The position numbers and the translations under genes are program-made. The notes under the pieces were generated by a model, which ran no database searches, was not told where the DNA came from, and saw nothing but the letters and a program-made list of their open reading frames with translations. DNA of 64,000 bases from Candidatus Oxydemutator sp. (GTDB lineage Bacteria; Pseudomonadota; Gammaproteobacteria; Poriferisulfidales; Oxydemutatoraceae), in assembly GCA_965203445.1 (NCBI GenBank), contig OZ241883.1, positions 1,600,001-1,664,000 on the forward strand, given 5' to 3'. Below are positions 51,721 through 61,705 of this stretch, piece after piece. Position 1 is the stretch's first letter. Each line of letters opens with the position of its first letter.

Positions 51721-52719
51721 ATGCCCGCCGCCGCTTTTCACTTCGACGCCGACGCCCTCGATCCGCGCAACCGCGCCGACGGCGTCAGCGCGATGCTGCG
51801 GGTGCGCGACGGCGCCCGCTTTCTGCGTCTCGGCCTGGATTCGTGCATCGACGTCTTCGACGAGATCGTCGCGGTGCACCACCAGTGCGACGACGACACG
51901 CCGCACATTCTGCAGGAATACGCGGCGGCGCATCCGCACCGCTTCAAAGTGTACGAATACCCGCACGAGGTGATTCCTCCGGGCACCGCGCGGCATGCGC
52001 GGGAGGGCGCCGAATCGCCGCACACGATCGCCGCGTTGTGCAACTACGCGCTGTCGAAGACGACGCGGCGTTTTGTCGTAAAACACGACGCCGACCACGT
52101 GTATTTTCCGCGCTTTGCGGAGATCGTCGGTGCCGTGCGTGGGCGCGGTCGGTGCGCCGGTGCGGTGTACGTCTCCGGCGTCAACCTGGCGCGTTCGCGC
52201 GCGGGCGAACTCGGGGTGGCCCTTCGGGATCCGATCTGCGGCGTCGGCGACTACGCGTTTTTCCCGGTGTCGAGGAGCACCTTCTTCGTCCACGGCGACC
52301 GCTTCGAGCACTTGTCGCTGCCGCCGCGCCCGGCCACGTACGCCGGCGTCGCGTTCTGGCACCTGAAGCTGCTGTCGGAGCACTACGGGCTGCGCGAATA
52401 CCGCTGGCGCTACGAGGACAACGTCGCGGAGTTGCGCCGCCGCGTCGCCGCGCTCGAGGAGAGCCTGGAGGTCGTGTCGGTCGAGCGGTTCATCGCCTTG
52501 TTCAGCGGCGTCGGCAGCCTGTTCGTTGACCGGCACTGCGTGCATCCGCTGTGGCGCAACCGCACGGCGAGGTTGCTCGCGTGGCACTTGGCAAGGTCTT
52601 GCGCCCGCTGGCCGCTGCCTTCCCGCATGCGCTGCCTGCCCTTGCTGCTGTCGTTCCGGTTGCGGCGGGACTTGCGCGGAGTTTCCCCGCCTTCGGAACG
52701 TGAATTGGCGTCGTTCTGA
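51721..52719 (+). CDS. GT-A fold glycosyltransferase (GT2/CgtA-like), copy 1
   Basis: VSAMLRVRD..L...LDS..DEIVAV..C.DDT..IL; NYALS..VKHDADHVY (DxD). Confidence 0.75.
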   Translation: MPAAAFHFDADALDPRNRADGVSAMLRVRDGARFLRLGLDSCIDVFDEIVAVHHQCDDDTPHILQEYAAAHPHRFKVYEYPHEVIPPGTARHAREGAESPHTIAALCNYALSKTTRRFVVKHDADHVYFPRFAEIVGAVRGRGRCAGAVYVSGVNLARSRAGELGVALRDPICGVGDYAFFPVSRSTFFVHGDRFEHLSLPPRPATYAGVAFWHLKLLSEHYGLREYRWRYEDNVAELRRRVAALEESLEVVSVERFIALFSGVGSLFVDRHCVHPLWRNRTARLLAWHLARSCARWPLPSRMRCLPLLLSFRLRRDLRGVSPPSERELASF

Positions 52720-52758
52720 TCGCCGCCGCGGCCCGCCGGTGATGTATAATCCGGAGCG

Positions 52759-53865
52759 ATGACCGCTCCCGTCCCCGCCTGCAACTACGACCCGAAAGCC
52801 CTCGACCCTGGCAGGCGTGCCGACGGTATCAGCGCGGTGCTGCGGGTGCGCGACGGCGCGCAGTTTCTGCGGATCGGCCTGGATTCGTGCGTGGACGTGT
52901 TCGACGAGATCGTCGCCGTGCATCACCAATGCAGCGACGACACGCCGCAAATTCTGCATGAGTACGCGGCGGCGCGCCCGCATCGGTTCAAGGTGTACGA
53001 ATACCCGCACGAGGTTTTTCCGCCGGACACCAGGGAGCACGCGGCGCAGGGGGCCGAGTCGCCGCACACGATCGCGGCGCTGTGCAACTACGCGCTGGCG
53101 AGGACTACGCGGCGCATCGCCATCAAGTACGACGCCGACCAGGTGTATTTCCCGCGCTACGCGGAAATTGCCGATGTCATGCGCAGCGCCCGCACCGCCG
53201 CCTGCATCGTGCGCGTTTGGGGCGTCAATCTGGCGCGTTCGCGCGCGGGCGAGCTCGGCGTGCATCTGCGGTACCCGGTTTGCGGCGGCTATGACATGAT
53301 GTCTTTTCCGGTGTCACGGGACACGTACTTTGTCCATGGCGACGCATGTGAAGCGTTGCACCTGCCGCGGCGGCGGCACGTAGACGCTGGTTTTGGATAC
53401 TGGCATCTGAAATTTCTGCAACGGCACTACGGGTTGCACCAGTGGCTGTGGCGCTACCAGACCAACGATTCGATAATGAAGACAGGGTACTACGGTTCCA
53501 GCCGGGATGCAGAGCCGGCGTGCGGCGACGACGAGAAGTGGCGCGGTTACGCCGCCGCCTTCGAGCGCGATCTCGACGTCGTCCCCCTGGATGAATTCGT
53601 CGCTTTGTACGGCGGCGGGGACAGTCCGTTCATGTCCGACGTTCGCCGGCTGTACTTTCGGTGGCCAGGGGGAAGGGTGAAGACGGTGTGCATGCGCGAC
53701 TGGATGTCGCCACTCGTGTGGAGTCTGGTCGGGCGCTTTGTCGGCACCTACGCAAGGTTTCCCCGGTTGCTGGGTGATCTTTTGATCCCTCAGCTGAAGG
53801 CGCGCTCGGTGAGGAGGCACCTGCGCGAGATACCCCTGCCCGCGGAAAGTGATCTGGCGGCATAG
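52759..53865 (+). CDS. GT-A fold glycosyltransferase (GT2/CgtA-like), copy 2
   Basis: Tandem paralog with IKYDADQVY; divergent C-terminal half; own TATAAT at 52745-52750. Confidence 0.75.
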   Translation: MTAPVPACNYDPKALDPGRRADGISAVLRVRDGAQFLRIGLDSCVDVFDEIVAVHHQCSDDTPQILHEYAAARPHRFKVYEYPHEVFPPDTREHAAQGAESPHTIAALCNYALARTTRRIAIKYDADQVYFPRYAEIADVMRSARTAACIVRVWGVNLARSRAGELGVHLRYPVCGGYDMMSFPVSRDTYFVHGDACEALHLPRRRHVDAGFGYWHLKFLQRHYGLHQWLWRYQTNDSIMKTGYYGSSRDAEPACGDDEKWRGYAAAFERDLDVVPLDEFVALYGGGDSPFMSDVRRLYFRWPGGRVKTVCMRDWMSPLVWSLVGRFVGTYARFPRLLGDLLIPQLKARSVRRHLREIPLPAESDLAA

Positions 53866-54344
53866 TGCCCGCCTCGGTTTTGTTCGTGTGCTCGTACAAC
53901 CTCTGCCGTTCGGTGGCGGCGCAGGGCGTGTTCCGCTACATCTTGCGTGAGACCGGCGCCGTCGCGCGCGCCGACTCGGCCGGGGCCTTGGCTTACGCGG
54001 GCGAGCCGCCGCACCCGATGCTGCTTCGCGCCGCGCGGATGCGCGGCTACGACCTGTCGGGAATCCGCTCGAAAACGCTGGAACGGGCGGACTGCGCGCG
54101 TTTCGATTATCTGCTGGCGCTCGATTCGTCGCAGTTGCAACCGCTGCGTGCGCGGCGCGCGGGCGCGGTCGTCGGATTGTTGATGTCGTACTCGGCGTAC
54201 TTCGATGAGACCGAGGTGCAGGCGCCGCCCGAGAGCGCGGGCGTCGGCGGCTATCTGCGCATGTTGGACCGCATCGAGGACGCCTGCCTCGGCCTGCACC
54301 GCCACCTCGCCGAGCGCGCGCCGGCCGTGTCCGATGACGTTTGA
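53865..54344 (+). CDS. Low molecular weight protein-tyrosine phosphatase
   Basis: VLFVCSYNLCRS P-loop, DSAG, FDYLLALD. Confidence 0.85.
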   Translation: MPASVLFVCSYNLCRSVAAQGVFRYILRETGAVARADSAGALAYAGEPPHPMLLRAARMRGYDLSGIRSKTLERADCARFDYLLALDSSQLQPLRARRAGAVVGLLMSYSAYFDETEVQAPPESAGVGGYLRMLDRIEDACLGLHRHLAERAPAVSDDV

Positions 54345-55461
54345 CCCGCTCGACTACTGCGGTTCCAGCATAGCCGGCCTCGCGCCGTACGAACCGGGCC
54401 GGTCGGCGCGGCAACTTTCGCGCGAGCTCGGCGTGCACGACGCGCTCCCGCTGGCCTCGAACGAAAACCTGCTGGGGCCTTCGCCGAAGGTGATCGAAGC
54501 GCTGCACCGCGCGCTCGACGACGTTCACTTTTATCCCGACGGCGCGGGCCGGCGGCTGAAGGAGTTGCTGGCGCGGCGCCACGGCGTAACGCCTTCGCAA
54601 ATCACGCTCGGCAACGGCTCGAACGACGTGCTCGAACTCGCCGGGCGTTGCTTTCTGGGCGTGGGCAGCGGGGCGCTCTGGTCGCGCCACGCCTTTGCGG
54701 TGTACGCGTTGACGGCGCAGGCGGTCGGTGCCGCGCGGCAGGTGGCACCGCCGCGCCCGGCGTCGGACGCAATGCCGTACGGTCACGATCCCGACGCGAT
54801 GCTGGGGCAGGTGAACGACGCCACCGGCGTGGTGTTCATTGCCAATCCGAACAACCCGACGGGCACCTGGATCGGCGCGGACGCGCTGCATGATTTTCTG
54901 CGGCGGCTGCCGGCTCGCGTCGTCGCCGTCGTGGATCAGGCTTACGCCGAGTACGCGACGGCCGCCGACTATCCCGACGCCGCGGCTTGGCTCGACGAGT
55001 TTCCGAACCTGATAGTGACGCGCACTTTCTCCAAGATCTTCGCCCTCGCCGGGCTGCGCGTCGGCTACGCGCTGGCGTCGTCGGCGATCAGCGACCTGCT
55101 GAACCGGCTGCGCCAGCCGTTCAACGTCAACGCGCTCGCGCAGTGCGCGTCGGCGGCGGCGCTCGCCGACGACGAGCACGTGGCCGCGAGCGTCGCGGCC
55201 AACGCCGCGGCGTTGACGCAACTGCGCGCCGGCTGCGCGCGTCTCGGCGTCGCCTGCCTGCCGTCGGCGGCCAACTTTCTGTGCCTGGAGATCGGCGACG
55301 ACGCGCAACGGGTGTACCGGCGGCTGCTAGAACGCGGCGTCATCGTGCGCCCGCTGTCGAACTACGGATTGCCGCGCCACCTGCGGGTGACGACCGGCCG
55401 GCCCGAACACAACGAGCGTTTTCTCGAGGCGCTCGCCGCCGTCGTCGGCGCCGGAGCTTGA
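54334..55461 (+). CDS. hisC: Histidinol-phosphate aminotransferase
   Basis: LASNEN, YPD, GNGSND, ANPNNPTGT, DQAY, RTFSKIFALAGLRVGY. Confidence 0.95.
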   Translation: MTFDPLDYCGSSIAGLAPYEPGRSARQLSRELGVHDALPLASNENLLGPSPKVIEALHRALDDVHFYPDGAGRRLKELLARRHGVTPSQITLGNGSNDVLELAGRCFLGVGSGALWSRHAFAVYALTAQAVGAARQVAPPRPASDAMPYGHDPDAMLGQVNDATGVVFIANPNNPTGTWIGADALHDFLRRLPARVVAVVDQAYAEYATAADYPDAAAWLDEFPNLIVTRTFSKIFALAGLRVGYALASSAISDLLNRLRQPFNVNALAQCASAAALADDEHVAASVAANAAALTQLRAGCARLGVACLPSAANFLCLEIGDDAQRVYRRLLERGVIVRPLSNYGLPRHLRVTTGRPEHNERFLEALAAVVGAGA

Positions 55462-55462
55462 G

Positions 55463-56359
55463 ATGTTCGGCGTGGTCGCGATAGTCGGCACCGGCATGAT
55501 CGGAACGTCGCTCGGGCTGGCGTTGAAGCGCGCCGGTGCTACGCGCGCGATCGTCGGTGTCGACGCCGCGCGCGACGCCGTGCGCGCGGCGCGCGCGCGC
55601 GGCGCCTTGGATCGCGTCGCCGCGAGCACCGCCGAGCTCGGCGCCTGCGACGTGATCGTCGTCGCGGTGCCGGTCGCCGCGCTCGGCGGCGTGCTCGCGT
55701 CGTTGCCGCCGCTGAACGGCGCCGTCGTCACCGACGTCGGCAGCGTCAAGGGTGCGGTGCTCGAGGCCGCGCGCGCGGCGCTCGGCGCCGCCGCCGCGAA
55801 CTTTGTGCCGGGACATCCGGTCGCCGGTAGTCATGAAAGCGGGCCGGCGGCCGCGACCGCGGATCGGTTCGACGGCTGCCGCGTCGTGCTGACGCCCGAC
55901 GAAGGCACCGACGACGCGGCGCTGCGACGGGTCGAGGAATTGTGGGTCGCCGCCGGCGCCGGCGCCGTCACCACGATGGACGCCGCGGCGCACGACCGCG
56001 TCTTTGCGTACACCAGCCACCTGCCGCACGCCGTCGCCTATGCGCTGATAGGAGGCTTGCTGGCGCGCACGGACGCCGACCGGCTGTTTGCCTATACCGC
56101 CGGCGGTCTGCGCGACTTCACGCGCATCGCGGCCAGCGATCCGGTTATGTGGCGCGACGTCTTTTTGGCCAATGCCGGGCGCGTGCTCGAGGCGATGGAC
56201 GATTTCAGCGCCGGCCTCGCGCGCTTGCGCGGGCATATCGCGCGCGGCGACGGCGCCGCGTTGCGCGATTTTCTGGACGCCGCGGCGGCGCGTCGCGCCG
56301 TCGGATATAATGACCGATCGGATAGCGCGAAGCTGCACCGCGCCTTGGACGAGGATTGA
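55463..56359 (+). CDS. tyrA: Prephenate/arogenate dehydrogenase
   Basis: GTGMIGTS, TDVGSVK, GHPVAG, HD...AYTSHLPH, GLRDFTRIAASDPVMWRD. Confidence 0.93.
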   Translation: MFGVVAIVGTGMIGTSLGLALKRAGATRAIVGVDAARDAVRAARARGALDRVAASTAELGACDVIVVAVPVAALGGVLASLPPLNGAVVTDVGSVKGAVLEAARAALGAAAANFVPGHPVAGSHESGPAAATADRFDGCRVVLTPDEGTDDAALRRVEELWVAAGAGAVTTMDAAAHDRVFAYTSHLPHAVAYALIGGLLARTDADRLFAYTAGGLRDFTRIAASDPVMWRDVFLANAGRVLEAMDDFSAGLARLRGHIARGDGAALRDFLDAAAARRAVGYNDRSDSAKLHRALDED

Positions 56360-57115
56360 ATGCCGTTTACAGGTATCAAAGAGCGTATCAAGGACTGGGT
56401 TCGGACCGTTTCATGGCCCAAGACCGATATAGGCACGAAGCATGGGCCAAATCTTAAAGGCTGGATCACGGAGAAACTCGGGCAGCTGCCCGCCGGCGGC
56501 AGGATATTGGACGTTGGCGCCGGGAGCCAACCCTATCGCGAGGCTTGCGGCCATCTGCGTTACGTGTCGCAGGATAGGGAGAAACCGTCCCGTTTTGAGG
56601 AAGGATACATGAGTATGCGTGAGGCCGATTACAAGGAGCCGGACATAGTCTGCGACGCTGTCTCCATTCCGGAACCCGACGCCTCTTTTGATGCGATTTT
56701 GTGCACCGAAGTACTGGAGCACGTTCCACACCCCGTTCGCGTTCTGCAGGAAACGTCGCGCCTCGTCAAGTCCGGTGGGTCGCTGATCCTGACGGCGCCT
56801 TTTGCTTTTCCGGTACATGGGTTTCCGCAGCATTTTTTTTCGGGTTTCAGCAGAGGCTGGTACGAGAAGCATTTGCCCGATGCCGGTTTTGACGTGGAGG
56901 AGATAACGCCGAACGGCAATTATTTCGAGTATACCGCCCAGCACGTACGAATTTTAGACGGCGCTGGTCCCTATTACTCCACGGGCCCCAGAGAATTTTA
57001 TAGAATGATCGCGAGTGGCCTGATTCTGAAAATACTTGAGCGCTATAACGTCAACGACAGAGGGTCATCCGAGTTGTGTTGCCACGCTTGGCACGTATTT
57101 GCCCGCAAGCGTTGA
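56360..57115 (+). CDS. Class I SAM-dependent methyltransferase, copy 1
   Basis: ILDVGAG, SFDAILCTEVLEHV, GGSLILTAPF; lower GC than the flanks. Confidence 0.88.
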   Translation: MPFTGIKERIKDWVRTVSWPKTDIGTKHGPNLKGWITEKLGQLPAGGRILDVGAGSQPYREACGHLRYVSQDREKPSRFEEGYMSMREADYKEPDIVCDAVSIPEPDASFDAILCTEVLEHVPHPVRVLQETSRLVKSGGSLILTAPFAFPVHGFPQHFFSGFSRGWYEKHLPDAGFDVEEITPNGNYFEYTAQHVRILDGAGPYYSTGPREFYRMIASGLILKILERYNVNDRGSSELCCHAWHVFARKR

Positions 57116-57153
57116 CGGATCGGATAGCGCGAAACTATACCGCGTTTTGAAGG

Positions 57154-57921
57154 ATGATAGGCGTGTCGTTTTCAAGGTATAAAAAATGGTTTGGGGACGT
57201 CTTGCGCTCCGACGTAGGCACGAAGTATGAGACCAATCTTGCCGCTTGGGTCACGGAGAAACTCGGGCAGCTGCCTGCCGGCGGCAGGATATTGGACGTC
57301 GGTGCCGGGAGCCAGCCCTATCGCGAGGCTTGCGGCCATCTGCGTTACGTGTCGCAGGATATGGAGAAGCCGTCCTGTTTTGAGGAAGGGTTTATGAGTA
57401 TGCGTGAGGCCGATTACAAGGAGCCGGACATAGTCTGCGACGCTGTCTCCATTCCGGAACCCGACGCCTCTTTTGACGCGATTTTGTGCACCGAAGTACT
57501 GGAGCACGTTTCACATCCCGTCCGCGTGCTGCAGGAAATATCGCGCCTCGTCAAGTCCGGTGGGTCGCTGATCCTGACGGCGCCTTTTGCTTTGCCGGTA
57601 CACGGGTTTTCGCAGCATTTTTTTTCGGGTTTCAGCAGAGGCTGGTATGAGAAGCATCTGCCCGATGCCGGGTTTGACGTGGAGGAGATAACGCCGAACG
57701 GCAATTATTTTGAGCATATCGGCCAGGAAATACGACGCTTAAACGGTGTCGCCCCCCTATATTGCACCGGAATGAAAAAGGGAGTCAAAATATTTTATGG
57801 AATTTATAGGATAATCGTAAGCATCCCGATTCTGAGGATGCTTAAGCGCTATAGCGTCAACGACAGAGGGTCGTCCGAGTTGTTTTGCTGCGCTTGGCAC
57901 GTGGTTGCCCGCAAGCGTTGA
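57154..57921 (+). CDS. Class I SAM-dependent methyltransferase, copy 2
   Basis: Tandem paralog with a near-identical core and divergent N-terminus and sub-terminal segment. Confidence 0.88.
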   Translation: MIGVSFSRYKKWFGDVLRSDVGTKYETNLAAWVTEKLGQLPAGGRILDVGAGSQPYREACGHLRYVSQDMEKPSCFEEGFMSMREADYKEPDIVCDAVSIPEPDASFDAILCTEVLEHVSHPVRVLQEISRLVKSGGSLILTAPFALPVHGFSQHFFSGFSRGWYEKHLPDAGFDVEEITPNGNYFEHIGQEIRRLNGVAPLYCTGMKKGVKIFYGIYRIIVSIPILRMLKRYSVNDRGSSELFCCAWHVVARKR

Positions 57922-57996
57922 CGTTGTACGCAAGAACCTTCGTGGGCAGAGTACGGGGGGCGGCCTTGACCCCGGCGGGGCAGAGTTGACGTATAA

Positions 57997-59301
57997 ATGA
58001 TGATCGAATCGTCGCCGGTGCGTTCGCTGCGCGGCACGCTGCGCGCGCCCGGCGACAAGTCTATCTCGCACCGCGCGCTGCTGTTGGGCGCCGTCGCGCG
58101 CGGCGACACCGAAATCCTCGGCTTTCTCGAAAGCGCCGATTGCCTGGCGACGATGGAGGCGTTGCGCGCGCTCGGCGTTGTTTTCGAGCGCAACGACGGG
58201 CGCGTGTCGGTGCGCGGCGCCGGCTTGCACGGCCTGCGCCCGTGTCCGCATCCGCTCGATCTAGGCAATTCGGGGACCGCGATGCGCCTGCTGGCCGGAT
58301 TGCTTGCCGGCCAGCGGTTTGCGAGCACGTTGACCGGCGATGAGTCGCTTTGCCGCCGGCCGATGCGGCGCGTGGTCGAGCCGCTGCGCGCCATCGGCGC
58401 CGAGGTCGCGGCCGCGCCCGGCGGCACGCCGCCGCTTGCGATAGGCGCCGCCGCCGGCCCGTTGCACGGCGCCCGCCACGAGTTGCCGCTGGCGAGCGCC
58501 CAGGTCAAGTCGTGCCTGCTGCTGGCCGGCCTCTACGCCGACGGCGAGACCGTCGTCGTCGAACCCGCGCCCAGCCGCGATCACACCGAGAGAATGTTGG
58601 GCGCCTTCGGGTGCGTGCCTGCGGCGCGCGCCGGCGGGGTCGCGGTCGCGGGCGGCGCCGAGTTGCGTGGCGCGCGCGTCGAGGTGCCGGCGGATTTGTC
58701 GTCGGCGACGTTTTTCATGGTCGCCGCGTCCATCGTCGCCGACGCCGACGTCACGCTACCCGGCGTCGGCGTCAATCCGACGCGCGCCGGCGGGCTTGCG
58801 ATCCTGCGCGCGATGGGCGCGGACGTCGAGGTCGGCGCCGAGCGCATGATGGGCGGCGAGCCGGTGGCCGATATTCGCGTGCGCGCGGCGCGGCTGTCCG
58901 GCGTCGACGTGGCGCCGCACCAGGTGGCGTCCGCGATAGACGAGTTTCCGGCGTTGTTCATCGCCGCCGCGTGCGCCGCCGGCACGACGCGCGTATCCGG
59001 CGCCGCCGAGTTGCGCCACAAGGAGAGCGACCGCCTCGAGGCGATGGCCCGGGGGTTGCGCGCCTGCGGCATAAAGGTCGCCACCGCCGCCGACGGCCTG
59101 GTTATCGAAGGCGGGCGCCTGCGCGGCGCCACCGTGGACAGTTTCGGGGACCACCGCGTGGCGATGGCGTTCGCGGTCGCCGGCGCGGCCGCGACCGGTG
59201 CCGTTTGCGTGCGCGACTGCGCGAACGTCGGCACTTCGTTTCCCGGCTTCGTCGAGGCCGCGAACCGCGTCGGCTTGCGGTTGCGCGCGCGAAGCGGATG
59301 A
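57997..59301 (+). CDS. aroA: EPSP synthase
   Basis: PGDKSISHRA, GNSGTAMRL, ASAQVKS, SRDHTERML, IDEFP, KESDR, GDHRVAMAF. Confidence 0.97.
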   Translation: MMIESSPVRSLRGTLRAPGDKSISHRALLLGAVARGDTEILGFLESADCLATMEALRALGVVFERNDGRVSVRGAGLHGLRPCPHPLDLGNSGTAMRLLAGLLAGQRFASTLTGDESLCRRPMRRVVEPLRAIGAEVAAAPGGTPPLAIGAAAGPLHGARHELPLASAQVKSCLLLAGLYADGETVVVEPAPSRDHTERMLGAFGCVPAARAGGVAVAGGAELRGARVEVPADLSSATFFMVAASIVADADVTLPGVGVNPTRAGGLAILRAMGADVEVGAERMMGGEPVADIRVRAARLSGVDVAPHQVASAIDEFPALFIAAACAAGTTRVSGAAELRHKESDRLEAMARGLRACGIKVATAADGLVIEGGRLRGATVDSFGDHRVAMAFAVAGAAATGAVCVRDCANVGTSFPGFVEAANRVGLRLRARSG

Positions 59302-59984
59302 GCGACGCGCCGGTGATCGCGCTGGATGGGCCGGGCAGCGTCGGCAAGAGCACGCTGAGCTGCGAACTGGCGCGCCGTCTGCGTTTTCATCTGCTGGTCA
59401 GCGGCGCGCTCTACCGGATCGTCGGCGCGCGTCTGGCGCGCGCCGCCGCGCCGCTTGCCGACGCCGCCGCGATCGCGGGCGTCGTCTCGGCGATGGAGGT
59501 GCGTTTCACGGCCACGCCCGGCGGCGTCGAGATCGAGTGCGACGGACGCCGCGTGACCGACGACATCGGCGGCGAGGAGATCGCCGCCGCCGCGGCCCGC
59601 GCCGGCGAGTCGCCGCTGGTGCGCGCCGCGCTGCTGGGGCTGCAACGCGCCCGGCGTCGTCCTCCCGGCCTCGTCGCCGATGGCCGCGACATGGGAACGG
59701 TGGTGTTTTCCGACGCCGATCTGAAGGTGTTTTTGACCGCGCGTCTCGAGGAGCGCGCGCGGCGGCGGTATAAGCAGTTGAGAGAGCGGGGATTTGATGT
59801 TACCCTGAGCGACCTCGCCGCGGAACTGGCGCGACGCGACGAGCGCGACCGGGGTCGCGCGGTCGCGCCGTTGCGGGCGGCGGACGATGCCGTCGTTCTC
59901 GACACCACCGATTTGTCGGTGGCGGAGGCGGTCTCGAAGATCGCCGCGCTGGCGGCGGAAAGAAACATAGGGACATCCGAATGA
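59298..59984 (+). CDS. cmk: Cytidylate kinase
   Basis: IALDGP..VGKST, SGALYR, LVADGRDMGTVVF, RDERD..R.VAPL; located between aroA and rpsA. Confidence 0.93.
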   Translation: MSDAPVIALDGPGSVGKSTLSCELARRLRFHLLVSGALYRIVGARLARAAAPLADAAAIAGVVSAMEVRFTATPGGVEIECDGRRVTDDIGGEEIAAAAARAGESPLVRAALLGLQRARRRPPGLVADGRDMGTVVFSDADLKVFLTARLEERARRRYKQLRERGFDVTLSDLAAELARRDERDRGRAVAPLRAADDAVVLDTTDLSVAEAVSKIAALAAERNIGTSE

Positions 59985-61693
59985 ATGAAAGTTTTGCCGA
60001 TTTGCTGGAGCAGAGCAAAACCGCGGCGCGCCTGAAGCCGGGCGCCCTGCTCGAGGGCGAGGTCGTCGAGATCAGGGAAGGCGCGGTGGTCGTCAACGCC
60101 GGATTGAAGTCCGAGGGCGTGATCCCGATCGGCCAGTTTTACGACAAGAACGGCGAGCTCGAGGTCAGCGAGGGCGACGTCGTCGAGGTCGCGCTCGACA
60201 GCCTCGAGGACGGTTTCGGCGAGACGCGCCTGTCGCGCGAACGCGCCAAGGGCATACGCGCGTGGACGCGCCTCGAGGAGACGTGTGAATCCGGCGCCAC
60301 CGTCAAGGGTTTTCTGGCGAGCAAGGTCAAGGGCGGCTTCATCGTCGACTTGGGCGGCGTCAACGCGTTCTTGCCCGGTTCGCTGGTGGACGTGCGCCCG
60401 ATGCGCGACCTCGGCTATCTCGAGGGGAAGGAGCTGGAGTTCAAGATCATCAAGCTGGATCGCAGCCGCAACAACGTCGTGGTCTCGAGGCGCGCGGTGC
60501 TCGAATCCGAGCGCGGCGCGGGCTACGAGGAGATGATGAAGAACCTGGAGGAAGGGGCGGTGGTCAAGGGCATCGTCAAGAACCTCACCGAGTACGGCGC
60601 GTTCCTCGGTTTCGGCGGCTTCGACGGCTTGCTGCACATCACCGACATGGCGTGGAAGCGCGTGCACCATCCTTCCGAGGTGTTGTCGGTCGGCGACGAG
60701 ATCGAGGTCAAGATCCTCAAGTACGACAGGGACAAGAACCGCATTTCGTTGGGCTTGAAGCAGATGACCGAGGATCCGTGGCGCAAGCTGGTGCGGCGCT
60801 ACCCCAAGAATTCGCGTGTTTTCGGGCGCGTCGTCAGCATCACCGACTATGGTTGTTTTATCGAGATCGAGGAGGGCGTCGAGGGCTTGGCGCACGTCTC
60901 CGAGATGGATTGGACCAACAAGAACGTCAATCCGTCGAAAGTCGTCTCGGTCGGCGAGGAAGTCGAGGCGATGGTGGTGGAAGTGGACGAGGGCAAGCGG
61001 CGCGTGTCCCTCAGTCTCAAGCAATGCAAACCGAACCCGTGGGAGGATTTTCGCGCCAACCACCGCAAGGGCGAGAAGGTGCGGGGCGTGGTCAGCTCGA
61101 TCAACGACTTCGGGATTTTCGTCGGCTTCAAGGACTACGGCATAGACGGCTTGGTGCACATCAGCGATATTTCCGCGACCGGGCAGGCCGACCAGGCGAT
61201 CCGCCAATACAAGAAGGGGCAGGAGGTCGAGGTCGTGATTCTTTCGATGGACGTCGGGCGCGAGCGCGTGTCGCTCGGCATCAAGCAGCTGAACCAGAGT
61301 TTTTTGCAGGCTTATTTTGCGAAACATCCGAAAAAATCCCTGGTGAGCGGCAGCGTCGCCGAGATCACCGACAAGGCGCTCGTCGTGAACCTGGCCGACA
61401 AGGTGAGCGGCGTGATACCGTTCTCCGAGCTGGAGCTCGGCAAGGAACAACGGGCCGCCGACAAGTTCAAGACGGGCGATCCGATCGAGGCCCAGATGAC
61501 CGGCATGGACAAGAAAAACTGCGTGTTGACGTTGTCGGTCAAGGCCCGGGAGAGAGAGGAGCAGGAGCGCAAGGTGCAGGAATACACCGCCGCCTCCAAG
61601 AAGCCCGCGACCACCTCGCTGGGCGCGCTGTTGCTCAAGAAGCTGGGGCGCATGACCGGCGTCGCCGACAAAGGCGAAGGCGCCAAATCCTGA
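59981..61693 (+). CDS. rpsA: 30S ribosomal protein S1
   Basis: MNESFADLL, AFLPGSLVDVRP, DGLLHITDMAWKR; repeated S1 domains. Confidence 0.97.
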   Translation: MNESFADLLEQSKTAARLKPGALLEGEVVEIREGAVVVNAGLKSEGVIPIGQFYDKNGELEVSEGDVVEVALDSLEDGFGETRLSRERAKGIRAWTRLEETCESGATVKGFLASKVKGGFIVDLGGVNAFLPGSLVDVRPMRDLGYLEGKELEFKIIKLDRSRNNVVVSRRAVLESERGAGYEEMMKNLEEGAVVKGIVKNLTEYGAFLGFGGFDGLLHITDMAWKRVHHPSEVLSVGDEIEVKILKYDRDKNRISLGLKQMTEDPWRKLVRRYPKNSRVFGRVVSITDYGCFIEIEEGVEGLAHVSEMDWTNKNVNPSKVVSVGEEVEAMVVEVDEGKRRVSLSLKQCKPNPWEDFRANHRKGEKVRGVVSSINDFGIFVGFKDYGIDGLVHISDISATGQADQAIRQYKKGQEVEVVILSMDVGRERVSLGIKQLNQSFLQAYFAKHPKKSLVSGSVAEITDKALVVNLADKVSGVIPFSELELGKEQRAADKFKTGDPIEAQMTGMDKKNCVLTLSVKAREREEQERKVQEYTAASKKPATTSLGALLLKKLGRMTGVADKGEGAKS

Positions 61694-61705
61694 GCGGGCG
61701 GCGTC

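Noticed and set aside
56833-57625. T8 tracts in both methyltransferases as phase-variation switches
   Set aside because: The tracts are short, identical and in frame in both copies (encoding HFFS), with no sign of slippage.
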